A DNA stretch of 64,000 bases from Bacilli bacterium (GTDB taxonomy: Bacteria; Bacillota_I; Bacilli_A; RFN20; CAG-631): the NCBI GenBank assembly GCA_900754115.1, contig CAAEBM010000055.1, forward strand, positions 769 to 64,768, given 5' to 3'. Positions 40,220 through 49,849 of this stretch are shown piece after piece; the first letter of the stretch is position 1; every line of letters starts with the position of its first letter. Both the position numbers and the translations under genes were made by a program. Below the pieces are notes generated by a model. The model was given only the letters and a program-made list of their open reading frames with translations. It did no database searches and was not told the origin of the DNA.

Positions 40220-41176
40220 GTGAAAATTTTTGACATGCATTGTGATACATTTTCTTGTCTTTATCAAAATAAAAATGTAAAATTGAGTCATAATGATTTT
40301 GCAATAGACATACAAAAATTAAAAAAAGGAAATTATAGAGCACAATGTTTTGCAATGTTTGTCCCTTTCACGAACAAAAATTTGTATCAAACTTGTAAAG
40401 AAATGATTCAACTGTTTTATAATCAGATAGAAGAAAATAAAGAGTATATTCAACAAGTTTATACTTATAATGACTTTTTAACAATTTATAAAAAAAAGAA
40501 AATTGCTGCAGTATTGACGATTGAAGAAGGGGCAGTCATTGAAAATGATTTGCATAAATTAGAAGAATTTTATCAATTAGGCGTTCGCATGATGACTTTG
40601 ACTTGGAATTATTTTAATGGCATAGGCTTTCCTAATTTAATTGATTCTAGTGATGTTAAAAAAAGAAACGCAAGTCAAGGATTAACTCCTTTTGGCATTC
40701 AAGTGGTAAAAAAAATGAATGAATTAGGAATGATTATTGATGTTTCTCATTTATCCGATAAAGGAGTAGAAGACGTATTGAATATTTCTACAAAACCTTT
40801 CGTTGCTAGTCATTCTAATGCTCAAAGCATTTGTAATCATTGTCGCAATCTAAGCGATGATTTAATTAAAAAAATGGCTGCAAAAAAATGTGTGATTGGA
40901 CTCAATTACTATAATCATTTTGTTTGTGAAAACGAAAATCAAAACTTTATAGACACTCTTATTGCCCATATTCGCCATATCATTCATGTTGGAGGAATAG
41001 ATGTAATTGGTCTAGGATCAGATTTTGATGGAATTCCAGTTTATAATGATTGGAAAGATTGTTCTATTATGCCAACCTTAATTCAACGATTAAAAGAGGA
41101 AGGATTTTCTAAACAAGAAATTGCAAAAATTACTTATAAAAATGTATTAAGAGTTTTTAAAGAAAATCTAAAATAA
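40220..41176 (+). CDS. Membrane dipeptidase (peptidase family M19).
   Basis: N-terminal DMHCD metal-binding motif and later His/Asp ligands (VSHLSD, ASHSNA). 318 aa. Confidence 0.75.
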   Translation: MKIFDMHCDTFSCLYQNKNVKLSHNDFAIDIQKLKKGNYRAQCFAMFVPFTNKNLYQTCKEMIQLFYNQIEENKEYIQQVYTYNDFLTIYKKKKIAAVLTIEEGAVIENDLHKLEEFYQLGVRMMTLTWNYFNGIGFPNLIDSSDVKKRNASQGLTPFGIQVVKKMNELGMIIDVSHLSDKGVEDVLNISTKPFVASHSNAQSICNHCRNLSDDLIKKMAAKKCVIGLNYYNHFVCENENQNFIDTLIAHIRHIIHVGGIDVIGLGSDFDGIPVYNDWKDCSIMPTLIQRLKEEGFSKQEIAKITYKNVLRVFKENLK

Positions 41177-41248
41177 ATCCAAAATTCCTCTTTTATTTTC
41201 AATATAAAGTGCTATAATGGATAACGGTTTAAAAAAGGAGGCTTTTTT

Positions 41249-42544
41249 ATGCTTTTTTATTTTCCTCATTTAGCACAAACCACTTTTGATATTTATTATG
41301 CAATTATGTTTTTAGCTGTTTTATTGATTGCAGGAATGATTCTTGGAAAACTGGCTGAAAAAATTGGAATTCCAGCTGTAACAGGATATATTATAGCTGG
41401 GGTATTAGCAGGACCTGTTTTTCATTTGGTCGATGAAACAACGATTGCCGGTTTGAATATTCTTTCAGATATATCCATTGGATTCATTGCTTATCAAATA
41501 GGAATTGAACTTTGGTTGCCGAAATATAAAAAATCAGGGAAACAAATCTTAATTATTACTTTTGTTCAGGCATTAATGACCGTTTTAGTCGTCTTTTTAT
41601 TATTAGTTATCTTTCAACAACCTTTATGGATGGCTTTAGTTTTAGGGGCAATTGCTTGTGCTACAGCTCCGGCACCCATTATGATGATTATTAAAAGATA
41701 TAAAGTAAAAGGAGAAGTTGCTGATACCTTAGTTCCAGTTACAGGATTAGATGATGGAATTGGTATCATTGTTTTTGGTATTTGTTTATCCATCGCTACT
41801 GCAATTTTAGAAACAGGCGGTAAAATTAATATTCATACGGCTCTTTTAGATCCTTTAAAAGAACTAGGATTGTCAATTTTATTAGGTGCAGCTTTAGGAC
41901 TATTAATTGTTGTCACCAATAAATTTATTTTTAAAAAATATGAAAAACACGAAAGAAATGATGCGTATTTATCTGTTGCTATTTGTGTGGTCTTTTTAAG
42001 TGTAGCAGGTGCCCATTTTTGGGGATTATCACCAATTTTAACCCCAATGGTAGCAGGAGCCGTATTTACTAATTTTGTAAACAAGGATACCTTTAAAGTA
42101 CAACAAAAAACAGTGGATAAATTTGTTCCACCTTTAATGATTGCCTTTTTTACGCTTGCTGGTGCAGATTTACATTTAGATGTTTTAATTAAAGCAGGCC
42201 TTGTCGGGATTATTTATATTTTAGGAAGAGCAATTGGAAAATTCTTTGGGGCTTATTTAGGTGCTAAAATTTCCAAGGCTCCTAAAAATGTTCAAAATTA
42301 TTTAGGACTTGCCTTACTTCCACAAGGTGGAGTAGCAATTGGAATGGTTCTTGCATGTGTTAGTTCTTTTCCAAAAGAAGAAGGAGTATTTATTCAAACC
42401 GTAGTTTTAGCAGGAATATTTATTTTTGAACTCATTGGACCTGTATTGGTAAAATTAGTCTTTAAAAAGACTCATGAAATACAAGATGAAAATGAACAAA
42501 AGCCAGCGCTTGTAATAGAAGAAAAAGCAAAAGAAGACCAATAA
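41249..42544 (+). CDS. Cation:proton antiporter (CPA family Na+/H+ exchanger).
   Basis: About 12 TM helices. GIPAVTGYIIAGVLAGP motif typical of Na_H_Exchanger family proteins. Confidence 0.8.
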   Translation: MLFYFPHLAQTTFDIYYAIMFLAVLLIAGMILGKLAEKIGIPAVTGYIIAGVLAGPVFHLVDETTIAGLNILSDISIGFIAYQIGIELWLPKYKKSGKQILIITFVQALMTVLVVFLLLVIFQQPLWMALVLGAIACATAPAPIMMIIKRYKVKGEVADTLVPVTGLDDGIGIIVFGICLSIATAILETGGKINIHTALLDPLKELGLSILLGAALGLLIVVTNKFIFKKYEKHERNDAYLSVAICVVFLSVAGAHFWGLSPILTPMVAGAVFTNFVNKDTFKVQQKTVDKFVPPLMIAFFTLAGADLHLDVLIKAGLVGIIYILGRAIGKFFGAYLGAKISKAPKNVQNYLGLALLPQGGVAIGMVLACVSSFPKEEGVFIQTVVLAGIFIFELIGPVLVKLVFKKTHEIQDENEQKPALVIEEKAKEDQ

Positions 42545-42562
42545 AATGGGCTTCTTTTTTTT
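42529..42562 (+). terminator. Intrinsic terminator after the antiporter gene.
   Basis: AAAAGAAGACC-ATAAAAT-GGGCTTCTTTT hairpin plus a T-run. Confidence 0.55.
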
Positions 42563-42593
42563 GGACTCTAAAAAGAAAAAAATAAAAAAAGAA

Positions 42594-42622
42594 TTGAAAT
42601 TTGATTTTTTTCTTTCTATAAT
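42594..42622 (+). promoter_or_regulatory. SigA-type promoter (TTGAAA-N17-TATAAT) for lipoprotein island A.
   Basis: TTGAAA at 42594-42599 and TATAAT at 42617-42622, about 33 nt upstream of the ATG at 42655. Confidence 0.6.
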
Positions 42623-42654
42623 AACTTTTATAAAAAAACGAAAGAGGGGAAAAA

Positions 42655-44796
42655 ATGAATAAAAAAATTATTTTAAGTGTATTTAGTGTTTTTTTGTTAG
42701 TTGCTTGTAATCAAACTCAAAATAGTTCAAATTCGAATTCTTTGAGTGATTCTAGCAGTAATGCATCTACTTCTAGCCCTTTTGTTAGTGATAGTTCAAG
42801 CACTGGTAGTAGTAGCAATAGTAGTAGCAGTGGAGGAAATATTACTCCTTCAAAAACAGTGGAGAAAGCGATTGAAGATGCCATTACAAAACAAAATGCC
42901 ATTAAATCAGGAACTATTCATTTTGAAGAACAATCTTATTCTACTAGTTCTTATGACATCACCTATGAATATGGGCAAGAAAACTTTTTTTACTTTACAG
43001 AACCAAACTATGCCAATGAAATTTTAGAATTTTATTTAATATTTGATTCAAATCAACAAATTATTCCTATTCAAGTCAATACGGATTCCTCATTAAGTAA
43101 ACCTTATGAAACGTATGATTCTATGGGATATCGTTTTGATAATGTGGCAGGATATGATGTTGTCTTTTTTGGCGTAGAAGATTTAATTTCTGGATTATAT
43201 GAAATAGGTGCAGAAAATCGCAACCAAGATTTTGCTGAAGGATATGCAAGTGGAAACTATTTTTATCAATTTGGTTATCTTCCCAATCCGACCAGTTATT
43301 ATTATTATGAAATGGATATAGAATTTAAAATTGGAAATTCGGATGAATTTTGTTGGGCAAAAGTAGTTTCTCAAACCTACAATAATAGTAATTTTATTTA
43401 TGATGATGAATTAGGTGTGGTACAACTTTTACCTAATGCGACAGTAAGTAGTACTTATACTTATGAAATTGAACAAGAAGTTGGAACAAGAACGAAAAGT
43501 AATCCTTATCCTTATGAAAGTTTAATGGCAACTAGTTTTGATTTAATGTATCAAGGAAGTGCCATATTAGAAAATCAAGTAATTGAAATGGAAGTAGGAT
43601 ATGCAAGTGCAATTCAATTATCAATTGATAACATTTTACCGACTACTGCTAGTTTTTCTTTCGACACGATTTCTTATTTAGTAAACGATGGAACATCTAC
43701 GGATATAAACATTTATTACAATTCTTTTTCAAATGTTTTAGAAATCAATGCAACTGCTTCAGGAACATATACGGTAAAAGTTAATAGTACAAATGTTGAA
43801 AAAAATTTCACACTCAATGTAAAAGAAGCACAACCAAAAACGATTTCAGTTACTTATTATATGGCATCTGTTGATGGATATAATTCTGATGTTTTATCAC
43901 AATCATTAACAATTTATAAAGATGTATCTATTTATTTCTTAGCTAGTATCTTGCCTTATGAAGCTTCTCAAGAATTTCAAGTAACCATTTCAGGACAAGC
44001 TAGCAATTATGAAATGCAAGAAACAACCATTCAAAATAATTTTGGAATGGAAATGGATACGACTGAAGTTGTGTTTTTAAATACAGGAACTTATACCTTA
44101 ACTTTTTCTTCAGTAGTGAATACACAAGTAACTCATCAAGCGATAATTCAAGTCGTAGAACGTCCTGCAATGAGTGAAATTTTAGTCGGAGAGTTTGGAC
44201 ATAAATCAATGGGAACACAATTTAATTATTTAATTACTTTTACACCAATTGGCGATGGAATGACAGGAACAGCTAGTTTAAAAGACAATACTCTTAATTC
44301 TTCAGAAGAAGTGACTTACCAAGTTGTTCTAAGAGAAGATGGAAAATATGATATTGAATTTAGTCACGTTTCTGGCGATACTTTAAATTTTGAATTAGTA
44401 ATGGGACCAAATTATGACATCGTTTTATATGTTGGAATCAATAGTTATAATTTGGATAAAGTAACTCCTGAAACTGTCATTGCAACGACATGGGAAGCAA
44501 CATTGCCAGATGGCACAATTGTTAGTTTTGGTTTTAGTAAAAATGGTGTTGTAAATGTTATGGCAATGAATTTTGAAACAAGTTATTATTATGAAAGTTT
44601 TGAATGTTTTTATTCCGTTGAAGAAGTAGAAAATGGTTATGAAATTACCTTTACTGCAAGCAGTTATACACCTGCAGAAAATTCGATTATTTCTTTTGAT
44701 GAAGTGGCAATCGTAGCAAAAGATTATTCTACTTTAACCGTGAATATTTATTGCACTGGAACTGCTCAATCCATTTCTTTTGTTCCTATGGGATAA
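42655..44796 (+). CDS. Large surface lipoprotein (713 aa) with a Ser-rich linker after the lipobox.
   Basis: Lipobox LLVAC followed by a Ser/Asn-rich low-complexity segment. No enzymatic motif recognised. Confidence 0.8.
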   Translation: MNKKIILSVFSVFLLVACNQTQNSSNSNSLSDSSSNASTSSPFVSDSSSTGSSSNSSSSGGNITPSKTVEKAIEDAITKQNAIKSGTIHFEEQSYSTSSYDITYEYGQENFFYFTEPNYANEILEFYLIFDSNQQIIPIQVNTDSSLSKPYETYDSMGYRFDNVAGYDVVFFGVEDLISGLYEIGAENRNQDFAEGYASGNYFYQFGYLPNPTSYYYYEMDIEFKIGNSDEFCWAKVVSQTYNNSNFIYDDELGVVQLLPNATVSSTYTYEIEQEVGTRTKSNPYPYESLMATSFDLMYQGSAILENQVIEMEVGYASAIQLSIDNILPTTASFSFDTISYLVNDGTSTDINIYYNSFSNVLEINATASGTYTVKVNSTNVEKNFTLNVKEAQPKTISVTYYMASVDGYNSDVLSQSLTIYKDVSIYFLASILPYEASQEFQVTISGQASNYEMQETTIQNNFGMEMDTTEVVFLNTGTYTLTFSSVVNTQVTHQAIIQVVERPAMSEILVGEFGHKSMGTQFNYLITFTPIGDGMTGTASLKDNTLNSSEEVTYQVVLREDGKYDIEFSHVSGDTLNFELVMGPNYDIVLYVGINSYNLDKVTPETVIATTWEATLPDGTIVSFGFSKNGVVNVMAMNFETSYYYESFECFYSVEEVENGYEITFTASSYTPAENSIISFDEVAIVAKDYSTLTVNIYCTGTAQSISFVPMG

Positions 44797-44800
44797 AAAA

Positions 44801-46237
44801 ATGAAAAAAAATTATGTATTATGTGCTTTTATTGCAATAAGCCTTGTTTCTTGCGCTAAAAGTAAAGAAACTATTACGCAAGAAAAAGGAATTACCAATA
44901 CTAATTTAGTTTTGGCAAACACTGATGAATATCAGCAAAATTATAATTTAAATAGTATTGGAACTCAAAAAATATTAGTTATTCCTTGTCAATTTAAAGA
45001 TGAACCAGTTTTTGACAAAAATCAATTAAATATTATAGAGCGGGCCTTTTTTGAAAAAGATTTGTCCTCTAATGAACAATGTTATTATTCTTTAACAGAA
45101 TTTTATTCAAAAACGAGTTTAAATCGTTTACAAATTGAAGGAGAAGTTACAGATGTTGTGCAAATTCCATACACTTTAGAAGAAGCCGCTCAATCTTTAA
45201 GTTATTATCCGGGATTATTTGCTCAAACGTTTATGGAATCTTCTTTAGTGAGTGATGCGTTTTTACAAGAATATGATACGAATCAAGATGGTTTTATTGA
45301 TAGTGTGTGTTTTATTTATTCTTCGCCGATGGATATACAAAAAAATCTTTGGGCTTGGGTGACTACTTTTGACACCAAGCCCAATGAAAATCGACCACAA
45401 ATGAAACGCCATATGTGGTGTGGATATGAAAGTTTTACCAATTCATCTTATGATATTGACACCCATACTATCATCCATGAAACAGGACATTTATTAGGTC
45501 TTAGAGATTATTATCCTAGTGATAATGAAAATGTGGCATTAGGGGGACATTCCATGATGGATTATAATATTTCTGATCATGACCCTTATTCTAAAATGCT
45601 TCTTTCTTGGTGTGATCCTCTTTATTATGATTTGAACAAGCATTCCACCATCCAAATCCACTTAAAACCGTTTCAAGGGACCAATGAAGTGTTATTGCTC
45701 AATGTTTCTTGGAATCATGCAGTAATGGATGAATATTTGCTTGTTGAATACTATACGCCAGATGGACTAAATGCTTTGGATGCTTTAAATCCTTATGAAA
45801 ATCGACCTTTAGGTTTTACTAAGCCAGGAATAAAAATCTATCATGTCGATAGTCGTGTGGCAAAGCTTAGCCAAAAGGAAGAGCAGTTAGAGTTTGTTTC
45901 TTATGTTGATGAAATTCCAAGTCAAAAAAATGAAACAGATTATTATCGAATTGGAGCAAGTAATAACCTTTCTGATTCTTATACGGACGCTTCTAGAAAA
46001 GGAAGATATAAACAAATTTCCCTTGTTGAAAACAAATCAATCAATTATTTACAATCAGGTTGGACTGCTGATGATGATTCTTTGTTTTATAAAGGAGATT
46101 GTTTTGACTCCGATACATCAGTTTATTTGTTAAATGGTCAATTTAATAACAAAAATCGAATTGGTTTAAAAATAACGATAGATGATTTAACTACAGAATA
46201 TGCGACTTTAACAATTACCTATAAAGGAGGAAATTAA
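44801..46237 (+). CDS. Lipoprotein with an HExxH zinc-metalloprotease domain (M6/InhA-like).
   Basis: Lipobox SLVSC. HETGHLLGLRDYY resembles the HExGHxLGLxDxY motif of immune-inhibitor-A (M6) peptidases. Start placed at 44801. Confidence 0.65.
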   Translation: MKKNYVLCAFIAISLVSCAKSKETITQEKGITNTNLVLANTDEYQQNYNLNSIGTQKILVIPCQFKDEPVFDKNQLNIIERAFFEKDLSSNEQCYYSLTEFYSKTSLNRLQIEGEVTDVVQIPYTLEEAAQSLSYYPGLFAQTFMESSLVSDAFLQEYDTNQDGFIDSVCFIYSSPMDIQKNLWAWVTTFDTKPNENRPQMKRHMWCGYESFTNSSYDIDTHTIIHETGHLLGLRDYYPSDNENVALGGHSMMDYNISDHDPYSKMLLSWCDPLYYDLNKHSTIQIHLKPFQGTNEVLLLNVSWNHAVMDEYLLVEYYTPDGLNALDALNPYENRPLGFTKPGIKIYHVDSRVAKLSQKEEQLEFVSYVDEIPSQKNETDYYRIGASNNLSDSYTDASRKGRYKQISLVENKSINYLQSGWTADDDSLFYKGDCFDSDTSVYLLNGQFNNKNRIGLKITIDDLTTEYATLTITYKGGN

Positions 46238-46240
46238 AAG

Positions 46241-48835
46241 ATGAAAAAAACAACTCTACCTTTCTTTATGCTCTCTTTATTTGTATTATCGATTGCAACT
46301 GGTTGTAAAAATGATACAAAATCTTCTAATTCTTCTTCATCTTTGTCAAAAGAATATCCAACATTAGCGCAAGCTATTCAAAATACTACAGAATATGCCG
46401 TTACTTTTGGTGGAAGAGATGATGATGAATGGTATTTTGAATTTGTTTTGGATGATTATTATTTTTATGAACCAGCAAATGAAGGCTATATTATTTTACA
46501 AGAAGATCCTCAATATTTCCATGCGGTGACAAAGACGACAAATACTGATGAAAATGGTTACTTTTATTATGAATTGAATGTTCATGGTAAAAGAGGCTTG
46601 ACCGCTATGATTGAAAATTATTATTATACGAGACTAATCGATATCGTCGCTCGCTATTGTGATGATTTTGTACAAGTGGAGGAAAATTTATGGTCTTGTT
46701 CTGTGGCACAACTTGGAGACGAACTAGAAGCTTATTTTCAAGCGGGAACGTTTGGTTATGCCAATTATTTTGAAATAAAAATTAGTGAAGATGGAAAAAT
46801 TGAAAAATTAATGCCCTATGAAGTCGCACAAAATTCTGAATATCTATTAACTGAAATTATATTTAAGCAAATGGAATTATCTGATTATGCTGCTTATCAA
46901 CGTTGGGTACAAAAAGGAAAACCTATAGATTTACAAATCTATGATTTAAAGATGGGTTATTTTATCGGCAATAATTATTATGCAGTATATGATGATGAAG
47001 AAGTAAAAATTCAAGGAACTGTAACTGCTATTGATGCTGAAAATAATGTTTATATTGCAAATTCAAATCCTTTATATGGAAGTGTTGGCTTAAAAGTACA
47101 ACTTGCTGATAAAACCCATTTACCCGCAATTAATGATATCATTGAAGTACAAGGATGTATCCAATTAGATGAATATTCAACATATTTATCTAACGCTTCT
47201 TTTAAACAAACAGGGAATCAGTCAACTTATCCTCCCGCTTATGATGAAGAAACATTAGTCGATTCTTATGGTGGAGGAATATATGCCGCTAGTTTCTTTT
47301 CATTAACCTCCTATTTTAGTGATTCACTTTATTCGACGTTTGCCTATATAGAATCTATTCCTAAAGAAAATATAGAAAATCAAGATACAGAAATCATTTT
47401 GATTTGTCCTCAATTTGTGGCAGATAATGATCCTTTGAGAATGAAATTGGTTTTGCCTAAAGAAATGGATAGTCAAAAAAGAGACGCTTATTTGCAAACT
47501 TTAAATGAATATGGAATTTATCAAAACGCTGCTAATCCAGAAATTGAAATATCCATTCAAAATGTTTTACTTTCATTTGATATGGATTTTGTCTCTCATG
47601 TAATTTTAAATGTCATTGAAACGACAATTATTACGAAACGAATGAACTTTGTAGAAAAAGTGGCATCGGTAACAGGGTACAATGATTTCCCTATGATTGA
47701 AACCACTTCTTATACAAGTTATCGATTTGGTGGTTCTACAGGAATGTTTTTAGAACAACAATATGGAATGACAAGTCAAAATACAGTAGGGGTTTATCTT
47801 TTTATCTCTTCTGTTTCTTTAGAGAATGTAGAGAAATTTATTGCTGATTTAGAAAATGAAAATTTTGTTTTGCATGATGAAATAAAGGATGCCTATAGTG
47901 GAAGACATACGATTTATAAAAAACAAGATTATATTGTGGATATGGTCGTTTCTACAGCTATGATGGATTATGAAAATAAATCTGTTTCATTGTGGGTGTA
48001 TAAAGGAGAACTTTTATATAAAGAGACCATTTTTGAAGTAGTCAATCAGGAAATAGGAGACTTTTTTCCAGCAGAAGATTTTGTAAAATTAGCCAATTCG
48101 TATGAAGCAGATTATAATCATTTTGAATTATTAAATTATGCTGGACATGATTTTGATAAAGAAAATCCTTTACATTGTTTTACAATCGATTTAGATTATG
48201 AAGGATTGTTAGATTTAACGGCAGCATATCGAGAAAAAGGATATTCTTATTATCGAAATGAAGATAATTCTCTTTATACATATACAACTCGGGGTAGCAA
48301 TCACTATGTTTTATATAAAAATATAGAAAATAGTGAAGAAAAATTATTTGTTGATATAGCGATGTACCCAACTACTGATTATACTTATGCCGGACATAAC
48401 CTTTATTCTTATCGTGTAGAAGTGTTAATCTATCAAAAAACCGAACCTCTATCTACTTATTATGAACCGAATTTAGATGCATTTATGGAAGAAATTTGTT
48501 CAATATCCCCTGATGCAGTTTTCCAAGTATCTTTACCTGAAGATGCTAAAATTGAATATTTAAAGCCGAGTGGAACGTATGCTTTTGTTGAATATGGATA
48601 TTATTTAGATGCCGAATTGTTTATTTATTCTAGTGATGTTGAAGCGGTATATCAAGCGCTTGTACAGGGACTTGAAAATGCTGGATATAATTATGCTTAT
48701 TCTGGTCAAAAAAGCGATTTGTATCGAAAAGTAATTGATCCTAATTCCTATACTAATTCGGATATTCTTTTAATGAAAGATGAAAGTCGCGGTTTTGTTC
48801 GTGTGATTAATGGAATTGGTGGAGTTGATTTTTAA
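46241..48835 (+). CDS. Large surface lipoprotein (864 aa), hypothetical.
   Basis: Lipobox IATGC then a Ser-rich linker. 4 nt after the stop of the preceding lipoprotein gene, so probably cotranscribed. Confidence 0.8.
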   Translation: MKKTTLPFFMLSLFVLSIATGCKNDTKSSNSSSSLSKEYPTLAQAIQNTTEYAVTFGGRDDDEWYFEFVLDDYYFYEPANEGYIILQEDPQYFHAVTKTTNTDENGYFYYELNVHGKRGLTAMIENYYYTRLIDIVARYCDDFVQVEENLWSCSVAQLGDELEAYFQAGTFGYANYFEIKISEDGKIEKLMPYEVAQNSEYLLTEIIFKQMELSDYAAYQRWVQKGKPIDLQIYDLKMGYFIGNNYYAVYDDEEVKIQGTVTAIDAENNVYIANSNPLYGSVGLKVQLADKTHLPAINDIIEVQGCIQLDEYSTYLSNASFKQTGNQSTYPPAYDEETLVDSYGGGIYAASFFSLTSYFSDSLYSTFAYIESIPKENIENQDTEIILICPQFVADNDPLRMKLVLPKEMDSQKRDAYLQTLNEYGIYQNAANPEIEISIQNVLLSFDMDFVSHVILNVIETTIITKRMNFVEKVASVTGYNDFPMIETTSYTSYRFGGSTGMFLEQQYGMTSQNTVGVYLFISSVSLENVEKFIADLENENFVLHDEIKDAYSGRHTIYKKQDYIVDMVVSTAMMDYENKSVSLWVYKGELLYKETIFEVVNQEIGDFFPAEDFVKLANSYEADYNHFELLNYAGHDFDKENPLHCFTIDLDYEGLLDLTAAYREKGYSYYRNEDNSLYTYTTRGSNHYVLYKNIENSEEKLFVDIAMYPTTDYTYAGHNLYSYRVEVLIYQKTEPLSTYYEPNLDAFMEEICSISPDAVFQVSLPEDAKIEYLKPSGTYAFVEYGYYLDAELFIYSSDVEAVYQALVQGLENAGYNYAYSGQKSDLYRKVIDPNSYTNSDILLMKDESRGFVRVINGIGGVDF

Positions 48836-48845
48836 ATTTAATACA

Positions 48846-48876
48846 ATCATCACTTTATAAAGGTGATGATTTTTTT
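48846..48876 (+). terminator. Intrinsic terminator closing lipoprotein island A.
   Basis: ATCATCAC(TTT)-ATA-(AAG)GTGATGAT hairpin followed by T6. Confidence 0.75.
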
Positions 48877-48967
48877 AATAGCAATAATTTTTTTATATTA
48901 GGCAATTAATAGCATTTGATGCATAGAAAATAAAAAGAAACAGAAAATAATTTCAAGGAGTGATGAG

Positions 48968-49804
48968 ATGGCTTATAGTTATAAAGGAAGTATTAGTTTT
49001 GGTTTTGTCTATATCCCGATTACTTTACATGCTTCTGTTCAAGAACACAATGTTTCCTTCCATTTACTCGATAAAAAAACAAAATCAAGAGTCAAATATA
49101 AAAAGACATGTGTGGATTGCAAAGACAAAGAAGTCAAAAATGAAGATATTATCAAAGGATATGAATATGAAAAAGGGAAGTATGTTTTATTTGAAGAGGA
49201 AGACTTTGAAAAAATAAAAACTATAAAAGAAAAAAGTATTGTAATTGAACAATTTGTCCAATTAGAAGAAATTGATCCAATATACTTTCAAAAAGCATAT
49301 TATGTGGTTCCTACAGGAGCTGAAAAAGCATATTTGCTTTTATTAGAAGCAATGGAACAAGAAAATAAAGCAGGACTTGCAAAATCAGTGATAGGTACAA
49401 AAGAAAACTTAATTATTATTCGTGCTAAAAACCATCAAATGATTTTAAATACTTTATTTTTTGAAGATGAAATTAAAGCTAATCCCAATAAAGAAATTGT
49501 TGAAAAAATCACGCAATCAGAGTTAAAATTAGCAAAGACCTTAATCTCTGAAATGAGTGCTCCTTTTAAACCAAAACAATATAAAGATGAATACCATCAA
49601 AAAATAAAAAAAGCCATAGAAACTAAAATCGCCGGCAAAAAAATTGTGGCTGTCAAAGAAAAACAACAAGTCCCAATTGTGGATTTAATGGAAGCCTTAA
49701 AAAATAGTTTAAAACAGACAAAAAAAGGAAAGACGAAAAAAGATCCGCTTTCCAATCCACTTTTAACAGAAAAGCCAAAAAAAAGACCTTCAGCACATGC
49801 TTAA
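48968..49804 (+). CDS. ku: Ku protein (non-homologous end-joining DNA-end binding protein).
   Basis: N-terminal Ku signature YKGSISFGFVYIPITLHAS. Ku core plus the Lys-rich C-terminal tail typical of bacterial Ku. 278 aa. Confidence 0.9.
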   Translation: MAYSYKGSISFGFVYIPITLHASVQEHNVSFHLLDKKTKSRVKYKKTCVDCKDKEVKNEDIIKGYEYEKGKYVLFEEEDFEKIKTIKEKSIVIEQFVQLEEIDPIYFQKAYYVVPTGAEKAYLLLLEAMEQENKAGLAKSVIGTKENLIIIRAKNHQMILNTLFFEDEIKANPNKEIVEKITQSELKLAKTLISEMSAPFKPKQYKDEYHQKIKKAIETKIAGKKIVAVKEKQQVPIVDLMEALKNSLKQTKKGKTKKDPLSNPLLTEKPKKRPSAHA

Positions 49805-49821
49805 TTGATTTGAATAAAAAA

Positions 49822-49848
49822 ATCTCTGAGAATATCAGAGATTTTTTT
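49822..49848. terminator. Bidirectional intrinsic terminator between ku and the convergent M28 peptidase gene.
   Basis: ATCTCTGA-GAATA-TCAGAGAT perfect hairpin flanked by an A-run and a T-run. Confidence 0.75.
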
Positions 49849-49849
49849 G

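Noticed and set aside
41833-46133. ORFs 41833-42084, 42717-42902, 42746-43027, 44000-44218 and 45894-46133
   Set aside because: They lie inside the antiporter and lipoprotein genes. 42717-43027 arise from the Ser-codon repeat, which reads as Leu/Val-rich in other frames.
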